The position numbers and the translations under genes are program-made. This document shows, one piece after another, positions 57,461 through 64,000 of a stretch of 64,000 nucleotides of DNA (positions are counted from its first letter, which is position 1; every line of letters starts with the position of its first letter). The notes beneath the pieces are model-generated. The model worked only from the letters and a program-made list of their open reading frames with translations, did not search any database and was not told the origin of the DNA. Location: NCBI GenBank assembly GCA_021843755.1, contig JAKBWB010000065.1, positions 3,357 through 67,356 of the forward strand, written 5' to 3'. This DNA is from Pseudomonadota bacterium (GTDB lineage: Bacteria; Pseudomonadota; Gammaproteobacteria; Steroidobacterales; Steroidobacteraceae).

Positions 57461-58435
57461 GTGCCGCCGCGGATCGTGCTCACTTCAGGGGAGCCCGCGG
57501 GGATCGGGCCCGATCTTGCTCTGACAGTGGCCGCGCGCGCCATCGGCTGCGAGCTGGTCTGCCTGGCGGACCGTGCGCTGTTGGCCGAGCGGGCGAGCGC
57601 CCTCGGGCTGACCGTGGCGTTGCGCCCCTACGAGGGCATGCCCTGCCCGCACGCGCCGGGCAGCCTCACCGTCGAGCACCACCGGCTGGCCTGCCCGGCC
57701 CGCGCCGGGCAGCTCGATGCGCGCAATGCGCCCTACGTGCTCGAGCAGCTGGAGCGCGCCTGCGAGGGCGCCCGCGCCGGCGAGTTCGCCGCGATCGTGA
57801 CCGCTCCCGTGCACAAGGGCATCATCAACGATGCCGGCATCCCGTTCACCGGACACACCGAATTTTTCGCCGAGCGCACCCACGCCAAGCCGGTCATGAT
57901 GCTCGCCACCGGCTCGTTGCGGGTCGCGCTGGCCACGACGCATCTGCCATTGAGCCAGGTCAGCCGCGCAATCACCCGGGAGTTGGTGCTCGACACCGTG
58001 ACGATTCTGGAGCGGGATTTGCGGCAATGGTGGGGACTGCGGCGGCCGCGCATCGCCGTGTGCGGGCTCAACCCGCACGCGGGCGAGGGCGGACACCTGG
58101 GCGATGAGGAGATTCGCGTGATCGAGCCGGCGCTCGCGATGCTGCGTGCGCGGGGGCTCGCCGTGGCGGGCCCGCTCCCGGCCGACACGGTATTCGTGCC
58201 GCGCATCCTGGCCGACTATGACGCGGTGCTCGCCATGTACCACGATCAGGGTCTGCCGGTGATCAAGCACGCTGGATTCGACAGCGCGGTGAATGTGACA
58301 CTCGGCCTGCCCATTGTGCGTACCTCGGTCGATCACGGCACCGCGCTCGAGCTCGCCGGTACCGGCCGGGCCGATTGCGCAAGCCTCGTGGCGGCCATCG
58401 AGCTGGCCATCGAGCTGGCGCGCAGGCGCGCGTGA
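57461..58435 (+). CDS. pdxA: 4-hydroxythreonine-4-phosphate dehydrogenase
   Basis: [31 protein letters not shown] and MYHDQGL motifs. GTG at 57461; the track ORF begins at 57395, inside surA. Confidence 0.9.
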   Translation: MPPRIVLTSGEPAGIGPDLALTVAARAIGCELVCLADRALLAERASALGLTVALRPYEGMPCPHAPGSLTVEHHRLACPARAGQLDARNAPYVLEQLERACEGARAGEFAAIVTAPVHKGIINDAGIPFTGHTEFFAERTHAKPVMMLATGSLRVALATTHLPLSQVSRAITRELVLDTVTILERDLRQWWGLRRPRIAVCGLNPHAGEGGHLGDEEIRVIEPALAMLRARGLAVAGPLPADTVFVPRILADYDAVLAMYHDQGLPVIKHAGFDSAVNVTLGLPIVRTSVDHGTALELAGTGRADCASLVAAIELAIELARRRA

Positions 58436-59259
58436 GGCGTCACGCTGTCCAGGGCATCGGACCGGCGCCGCGCGCGCGCAAACGCTTCGGCCAGCACTTC
58501 CTGCACGACCCCGCGGTGCTCGAGCGGATCATCGCGGCAGTGGCACCGCACGCCGAGGATGCATTGGTCGAGATCGGTCCGGGGCGCGGGGCGCTCACCG
58601 AGCGGCTGCTCGGCGCACCCGGCCGCAGCCTCGATGCCATCGAGATCGACCGCGAACTGAGCGCAGTGCTGCGCGCGCGGTTCGCCGCGGCGCCGCGTTT
58701 CACCCTGCACGAGGCGGATGCGCTGCGCTTCGACTTCGCGGCGCTCGCCCGTGCGCGCGGCCGCCTGCGCGTGCTCGGCAACCTGCCTTACAACATCTCG
58801 ACCCCGCTGCTGTTTCACATGCTCGGGAGCATCACCGCGATCGCCGATCTGCACGTCATGCTGCAGCGCGAGGTCATCGAGCGCATGGCTGCAACCCCCG
58901 GCGATTGCGCGTACGGTCGGCTGACGGTGATGCTCTTTCCATGGGTCAGCGTCGAGCATCTCTTCGACGTCGGCCCTGGCGCGTTCCAGCCACCGCCGCG
59001 GGTCTGGTCGGCGCTCGCACGGCTCACCGTGCGGACTGAGCCGGCTTTCCCGGTCGATCCGCGCTATGCACAGATCGTGGCGGCAGCCTTCGCCCACCGG
59101 CGCAAGACACTGCGCAACGCGCTGCGTGGACTGCTCGATACCGGACAGATCGAGCGCTGCGGCGTCGACCCGACGGCCCGGCCCGAGACCGTCCCGCCGC
59201 ACGCGTACAACGCGCTCGCCGCGCTCGCGACTGCTGCCGGAAGCGGGAGATTGAGCTAG
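58432..59259 (+). CDS. rsmA: 16S rRNA (adenine1518/1519-N6)-dimethyltransferase
   Basis: [20 protein letters not shown] and [14 protein letters not shown] motifs. The GTG at 58432 forms a GTGA overlap with the pdxA stop. Confidence 0.9.
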   Translation: MRRHAVQGIGPAPRARKRFGQHFLHDPAVLERIIAAVAPHAEDALVEIGPGRGALTERLLGAPGRSLDAIEIDRELSAVLRARFAAAPRFTLHEADALRFDFAALARARGRLRVLGNLPYNISTPLLFHMLGSITAIADLHVMLQREVIERMAATPGDCAYGRLTVMLFPWVSVEHLFDVGPGAFQPPPRVWSALARLTVRTEPAFPVDPRYAQIVAAAFAHRRKTLRNALRGLLDTGQIERCGVDPTARPETVPPHAYNALAALATAAGSGRLS

Positions 59260-59268
59260 GCTAGCGCA

Positions 59269-59730
59269 ATGACGAGCGAGCCCTATCGCCGCATTCTTCT
59301 GGTCGTCGACCTCAGCGAGGACAGCCTGCGGATCGGGCAGCGCGCCGTGGCGCTCGCCACAGCACTCGCAGCCGAAATCGAGCTGCTGCACGTGGTGGAG
59401 TTCCTGCCCGCCGAGCCGATGGCCGAGACGCTGGCGGCATCGGTGCGCATCGAGGACGAATTGCTCGAGCAGGCCCGCGCGCGCCTGACGGCGCTCGCCG
59501 CCGAACTCGGCCTCGCGCAGGCGACCTGCTGGGTGCAGGCCGGCAGCGTCAAGGCCGAAATCGTCCGCATCGCACGCAAACGCCAGGCCGATCTGATCGT
59601 GCTCGGCAGCCGTGAGCGCCACGGAATGTCCATTCTGGTGAACCTCACCGAGGACACGGTGCTGCACGCCGCGCCGTGTGATGTGCTTGCCGTGCGCGTG
59701 AAACGTTCCGGCTCGCCCGCCAAGCGCTGA
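59269..59730 (+). CDS. universal stress protein (UspA family)
   Basis: 153 aa. ILLVVDLSEDS and C-terminal ADLIVLGSRERHGMS...VLHAAPCDVLAV (ATP-binding-type G-2x-G-9x-G(S/T)-like region). Confidence 0.8.
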   Translation: MTSEPYRRILLVVDLSEDSLRIGQRAVALATALAAEIELLHVVEFLPAEPMAETLAASVRIEDELLEQARARLTALAAELGLAQATCWVQAGSVKAEIVRIARKRQADLIVLGSRERHGMSILVNLTEDTVLHAAPCDVLAVRVKRSGSPAKR

Positions 59731-59773
59731 TCGCGCCCACCGGGCATCGCGGCGCGGGCCGCGCCCCGGTAAA

Positions 59774-60160
59774 ATGCCGCCCATGAGCGCGCCGCCCAAA
59801 ATCCGCATCGACGTCGAGACCAGCTACCTCGGCGAGCAGTCCGATCCGCGTGAGCAGCGCTATGTGTTCGCCTACACGATCACGATCCGCAACGAGGGCG
59901 GACTGTCCGCAACGCTCCTCACCCGGCACTGGATCATCACCGATGCGAACGGCGCGGTGAAGGAAGTTCGCGGTGACGGGGTGGTGGGCGAGCAACCGCG
60001 CCTCGAGCCCGGCCAGGGTTTCCGTTATTCCAGCGGCGCGATTCTCGAGACGCCCGTGGGCACCATGGAAGGCACCTACCACATGATCGATGAGCAGGGC
60101 CAGCAGTTCACCGCGCCGATTCCACTGTTTCGGCTGGCGATGCCCGGAATTCTGCATTGA
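59774..60160 (+). CDS. apaG: ApaG (DUF525) protein
   Basis: 128 aa. YVFAYTITIRNEG, RHWIITDANG, GVVGEQP and GTMEGTYHM motifs. Confidence 0.9.
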   Translation: MPPMSAPPKIRIDVETSYLGEQSDPREQRYVFAYTITIRNEGGLSATLLTRHWIITDANGAVKEVRGDGVVGEQPRLEPGQGFRYSSGAILETPVGTMEGTYHMIDEQGQQFTAPIPLFRLAMPGILH

Positions 60161-60975
60161 GCCGCTTCGCCATCGGCGACATCCAGGGCTGCTACGAGGA
60201 ACTGCGCGCGCTTCTGGAGCGGGTGCGCTTTTGCGCCGATCGTGACCAGCTCTGGCTCGTCGGCGATCTGGTCAACCGCGGACCGCATTCGCTCGCGGTG
60301 CTGCGCTTCGTGCGCGCCCTGGGGGAAAATGCCGTGACGGTGCTCGGCAACCACGATCTGCATTTGCTCGCGGTGGCGGCCGGCAGCCGCCGCGAACGCC
60401 GTTGCGACACGATCGCGGACGTGCTCGCCGCCAAGGATCGCGACCGGCTGATCGAATGGCTGACCGAGCGGCCGCTGGCACATCTGCAAGCGGGCGATCT
60501 GATGGTGCATGCCGGAGTGGTGCCCCAATGGAGCGCGCAATCGACGCTGGCGCTTGCCGGGGAAGTGGAGTCGGCGCTGCGGCACGAGCCGAAACGGCTG
60601 TTCGAGCACATGTACGGCGATCAACCGGATCAGTGGTCGACGGATCTCAAAGGCATGGAGCGGTTGCGCTTCGTCATCAACGTGCTGACTCGCATGCGCG
60701 TGTGCACGCGCGCGGGACGCATCAATCTCGCGCTCAAGGGCAAGCCCCCGGGCGGCGACTCCCCGTGGCTGCCCTGGTTCGACGTGGACCGCCCGCTGCT
60801 GCGGGGGCTGCGCGTCGTCTGTGGCCACTGGTCGGCGATCGGCCTGAAGCTGCGGGCGGATGTGGCGGCCCTCGACACCGGCTGTGTCTGGGGCGGCGCG
60901 CTGACGGCCTTGGACCTCGACACCGGCAGCATCACTGCCGTGCCCTCGCGCGGCTATCAGGCCATCGAATCCTGA
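60157..60975 (+). CDS. apaH: bis(5'-nucleosyl)-tetraphosphatase, symmetrical
   Basis: 272 aa. FAIGDIQGC, GDLVNRGP, GNHDLHLL and CGHWS metallophosphatase motifs. A 4-bp overlap with apaG. Confidence 0.95.
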   Translation: MSRFAIGDIQGCYEELRALLERVRFCADRDQLWLVGDLVNRGPHSLAVLRFVRALGENAVTVLGNHDLHLLAVAAGSRRERRCDTIADVLAAKDRDRLIEWLTERPLAHLQAGDLMVHAGVVPQWSAQSTLALAGEVESALRHEPKRLFEHMYGDQPDQWSTDLKGMERLRFVINVLTRMRVCTRAGRINLALKGKPPGGDSPWLPWFDVDRPLLRGLRVVCGHWSAIGLKLRADVAALDTGCVWGGALTALDLDTGSITAVPSRGYQAIES

Positions 60976-60986
60976 GGAGGGCTGCC

Positions 60987-61496
60987 GTGGATGCTCTGCA
61001 TGCGCTGAACTTGCAGCAGTGGATCGAGGACAACCGCCACCTGCTGAAGCCGCCCGTCGGCAACCGCCGCATGTTCACGGACGGGGATTTCATCATCATG
61101 GTGGTCGGCGGTCCCAACACCCGCCAGGACTATCACGTCGATCCGGGCCAGGAGCTGTTCTACCAGCTCGAGGGCGACATCGTGCTGAAGACGATGCAGT
61201 CGGGCCGCTGCATCGATGTCCCCGTCCACCAGGGCGAATTACTGCTGCTGCCGGCCCTGATGCCGCATTCCCCGCAGCGCCCCGCCGCGACGGTTGGACT
61301 CGTAATCGAGCGCAGGCGCCGCCCCGGGGAGCGCGACGGGTTCCAGTGGTACTGTCGGCGCTGCACGAACCTGCTGCACGAGAGCTTCATCGAGCTGACC
61401 GACATCGAGGCCGAGCTGCCGCCGGTGTTCGAGCGTTTCTATGCCAACCGCGCGGCGCGCACCTGCAAGCACTGCGGCACCGTGCTCGAGCGCTGA
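60987..61496 (+). CDS. nbaC: 3-hydroxyanthranilate 3,4-dioxygenase (cupin with a C-terminal rubredoxin-like site)
   Basis: GTG at 60987, after GAGGAGG. GGPNTRQDYHVDPGQELFYQLEGDIVLK...HQGELLLLPALMPHSPQRPAATVGLVIERRR is near-collinear with eukaryotic and bacterial HAAO. The C-terminus has CRRC...CKHC. The track shows it fused to a longer shadow ORF (60402..61496). Confidence 0.85.
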   Translation: MDALHALNLQQWIEDNRHLLKPPVGNRRMFTDGDFIIMVVGGPNTRQDYHVDPGQELFYQLEGDIVLKTMQSGRCIDVPVHQGELLLLPALMPHSPQRPAATVGLVIERRRRPGERDGFQWYCRRCTNLLHESFIELTDIEAELPPVFERFYANRAARTCKHCGTVLER

Positions 61497-61541
61497 GGCG
61501 GCGCGAGACAAAACTTCCGCGTCCTTGCAGTTTTCCTTAAA

Positions 61542-61577
61542 CTCCCCCGGCAGCGGCCGCTGCGGCCGCAGGGGAGG
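61542..61577 (+). promoter_or_regulatory. GC-rich stem-loop that can pair the Shine-Dalgarno sequence of the downstream gene (may also terminate nbaC)
   Basis: CTCCCCC (61542-61548) is complementary to GGGGAGG (61571-61577). The latter is the SD, located 2-5 nt before GTG 61580 / ATG 61583. Between them lies the perfect 14-bp palindrome GCAGCGGCCGCTGC (61550-61563). Confidence 0.25.
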
Positions 61578-61579
61578 TC

Positions 61580-63346
61580 GTGATGTCGCGCGTTCTCGGT
61601 GTGCGGTTGCTCCTGACCCTGGTCGCACTCGGCAGCCTCGCGGCCAGCTCGGCGATCGCTCTAGGGCTCGCGCCGGGAGCGGATTTTTCGGCCCGGCTCG
61701 TGTACCTGCGCGACGGTCTGTACGGGGTCCACGCGAGGCAACAATCGCCGCTGCCCCGGGGCCTGCGCGCCGGCGACATCATCCCCATTCATCGCCTGAG
61801 CCCCGCCGAGCGCGCCGCGCTGTTCGACCGTCACGATGTCCTGCCCGGCACCGCGCTCACGCTTCCGGTCATCCGCGCGGGCACGCTTGCCGAGCGGCGG
61901 GTAGGGAGCGTCCCCGACCGGCCGCCGCCGCTCTCACAAGCGGAGTTTCTGGGCTTCCAGGTCGTGATGTTCGCCATCGTGATGTTGACCTTGTGGCGCG
62001 GGAGAGACTGGGCGGCCTGGGGACTGTCGGCGCTGTTCATGTTCGCGCTGCTCGTCGCCGGACCTCTGCAGCTGCCCGTACCGGCAAGCTGGGCATTCTG
62101 GCACCACCAGGCAGACCTCCTGACCGGCGAATTGGCAATCATGCTGGCCATGTTCGTCATGGCCGACAGCCTGGCCGGCGCAAGCCTCCCGTCGCGCTGG
62201 CGCACGGCGTCGCGCGTCGCCATCGCGCTCGTGGCGCTGACCATGCTGGGCTTGGCGGAGACTCTCTATACCGCGCTCATCCGCAGCGGCACGACGCTCC
62301 TCGGTGCAAGCCACCACGTCATCAATCTGACCCTGTTCGCCACTTTCTTCGCCGTGATACTGGCCGTGCTGCTCGCGGGCTACCGCTTCGCGGCGCATCA
62401 GGATCGGCTGCGCATCCGCTGGGTATTGTGGAGCACGGCCCTGCTGTTCGGAAGCAATCTGCTGCACTTCCTCACCCCGCGAACCTGGCAAGCGGACATG
62501 GGCCAGGTCGTCGCCGTGCTGGAGGGCATAGCGCTGCTCGGGTATCTCTACGCGGTCCTGCGCACGCGGCTGATCGACGTGGGGTTCGTCGTCGACCGGG
62601 CGCTGGTGTTCGGCCTGCTCACCGCGCTCGTGTTCGGCACGTTCTCCATTCTCGAGCAGACGCTGCATCAGTTCGCCATCAGCGACCGGGTGGGATGGGC
62701 ACTGCAGGCGCTCGCTGCGCTCGTGCTGGCGCTGGTGCTGAGCCCGCTGCATCGGCGGCTCGAGAGCTGGATCGAGCAGGCGTTCTTCCGCAGCCAGCGC
62801 CTGGCCCTGCTCGCCCTGGAGCGCCTCGCGCGCGAGTGTCCGTTCGTGGAGCGCGAAGCGCACCTGCTGGCCCTCGTCCTCGAGCGCCTCAAGCCCCAGT
62901 GCGCCGGGGTAGCGATCTACGAGCGCGCCGGGAGCAGCTACCGGCGGCAGGCCGCGAGCGATGAGTCCTGGCCGGCGGTGGTGGACGCCGACGATCCGGT
63001 GTTCGTTGCGCTGCGCGCGGCGCACGAACCGGTGGCGCTCGCGGCACAGACCAACCATATCGGCGCTGAAGGGCTGGCGCTGCCGATGACCGTCGCAGAG
63101 TCGCTTCTCGGCGCGCTCGTCTGCCGGCCGCGCGACGGCGAGCAATTCGCGCCCGAGGTGCGCGCGGCGCTCGCCAACCTGGCCCACCATCTCGGCATGG
63201 CGCTCAGCGTGTTGCGCCATCGGGAGCATGCGCGGCTGGTGGCCGACGTGGCGGCCGGACGGATCGACCCGGATGCGGCGCGGCGGCGCGCCATCACCCT
63301 GTTGGAAGGCGAGTTGCCGCAAGCGAGCCTCGGTGCCTCCCCGTGA
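61580..63346 (+). CDS. hypothetical membrane protein: signal/PDZ-like N-terminus, ~8 TM core, GAF-like C-terminus, no output domain
   Basis: 588 aa. The N-terminus has RGLRAGDIIPIHRL (PDZ-like). The middle is a long hydrophobic block. The C-terminal ~200 aa are soluble, with a GAF-like pattern (GVAIYERAGSSYRRQAAS...LALPMTVAESLLGALVC). Domain calls are by eye only. Confidence 0.6.
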   Translation: MMSRVLGVRLLLTLVALGSLAASSAIALGLAPGADFSARLVYLRDGLYGVHARQQSPLPRGLRAGDIIPIHRLSPAERAALFDRHDVLPGTALTLPVIRAGTLAERRVGSVPDRPPPLSQAEFLGFQVVMFAIVMLTLWRGRDWAAWGLSALFMFALLVAGPLQLPVPASWAFWHHQADLLTGELAIMLAMFVMADSLAGASLPSRWRTASRVAIALVALTMLGLAETLYTALIRSGTTLLGASHHVINLTLFATFFAVILAVLLAGYRFAAHQDRLRIRWVLWSTALLFGSNLLHFLTPRTWQADMGQVVAVLEGIALLGYLYAVLRTRLIDVGFVVDRALVFGLLTALVFGTFSILEQTLHQFAISDRVGWALQALAALVLALVLSPLHRRLESWIEQAFFRSQRLALLALERLARECPFVEREAHLLALVLERLKPQCAGVAIYERAGSSYRRQAASDESWPAVVDADDPVFVALRAAHEPVALAAQTNHIGAEGLALPMTVAESLLGALVCRPRDGEQFAPEVRAALANLAHHLGMALSVLRHREHARLVADVAAGRIDPDAARRRAITLLEGELPQASLGASP

Positions 63347-63367
63347 GAGGCGCGCGCCGGGGCGCGC

Positions 63368-63901
63368 TCAACCTCGCTGCGGCGCGCCGCCCTCGCCCGC
63401 CGGCGCGCTCTCGGGTATGCCGATGCGGTGCGTCGACTTCACTTCCTCCATGACGAAGTAGCTGTGCGTCTGCTGCACGCCGCGGATCCCGGCGATGGTT
63501 TCCCCGAGCAGCGTGCGGTAGCGCTCCATGTCCTTGACGCGCACCTTGAGCAAGTAATCGAAGCCGCCGGCAACCATGTGGCATTCCATGATCTCGTCTT
63601 GGGCGGCCACCATTTCCTTGAAGCGCTCGAATGCCTCCGGCGTGGTGCGATCGAGCGTCACCTCGACGTACACCAGCAAACCCAGACCCAGACGTCGCGC
63701 GTTCAAGCGCGCGAAGTAGCCGGCGATGAAGCCCGCAGCCTCGAGGCGGCGTATGCGCTCGAGCGTCGGGGTGACGGTGAGATTCACCTCACGGGCAAGC
63801 TGGGACACCGGCAAACGCCCATCCTGCTGCAGCCGCAGCAGCAGCTTTCGGTCGATCCGGTCGAGCGAGCGGAATCCCGCGATGGCGTCTTTTTGGCGCA
63901 T
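63368..63901 (-). CDS. Lrp/AsnC family transcriptional regulator
   Basis: 177 aa. LDRIDRKLLLRLQQDGRLPVSQLAREVNLTVTPTLERIRRLEAAGFI (HTH) plus a RAM domain (VYVEVTL...ECHMVAGGFDYLLKVRV). An AT-rich upstream region runs to the window end. Confidence 0.9.
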   Translation of the reverse strand: MRQKDAIAGFRSLDRIDRKLLLRLQQDGRLPVSQLAREVNLTVTPTLERIRRLEAAGFIAGYFARLNARRLGLGLLVYVEVTLDRTTPEAFERFKEMVAAQDEIMECHMVAGGFDYLLKVRVKDMERYRTLLGETIAGIRGVQQTHSYFVMEEVKSTHRIGIPESAPAGEGGAPQRG

Positions 63902-64000
63902 AGGCAGTGAAGTTTACTTCTAATAGCGCCAAAACGTGAAAATATTCTCTGTTCATACGGTTAGGATGAGGATAATCATCTAGTCATTTCCGTGTGCCGC

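Overview
High-GC proteobacterial chromosome segment whose right-hand gene order looks gammaproteobacterial. It splits into two parts. (A) 1-20.7 kb appears accessory. It holds two tandem MutS-family ATPase paralogs with no mismatch-recognition motifs. These sit divergent to a dynamin-like GTPase, an antisense HEAT-repeat gene and a second dynamin-like GTPase. Next come a histidine phosphatase and a tightly coupled six-gene hyf/complex-I-like membrane operon. Its 'hydrogenase large subunit' has lost all four [NiFe] cysteine ligands, which fits an Ehr-type energy-converting hydrogenase-related complex. Last are two small integrase-less islets bounded by three direct copies of the 3' half of a tRNA-Met gene. 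The islets carry two toxin-antitoxin pairs, a frameshifted methyltransferase and a P-loop gene relic. (B) 20.7-64 kb is conserved housekeeping: ychF-pth-rplY-prs-tRNA-Gln-ispE-lolB, prfA, ppiase-prmC, sahR-metF-metH, hslO, gatCAB, mreBCD-mrdA-rodA-mltB-rlpA-dacA-dat-ybeD, amgK-murU-lipA-lipB, lptD-surA-pdxA-rsmA-usp-apaG-apaH, a lone 3-hydroxyanthranilate dioxygenase, a PDZ/TM/GAF-like membrane protein and an Lrp-type regulator. I saw no CRISPR array, rRNA, transposase or integrase. The best candidates for an undescribed system are the MutS-like/dynamin-like/HEAT multi-NTPase cluster (1-8606) and the cysteine-less Ehr-type complex (9791-17518). All calls come from reading the translations and DNA by eye; no searches were run. 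Many long ORFs in the track are GC-driven shadow frames and were ignored.
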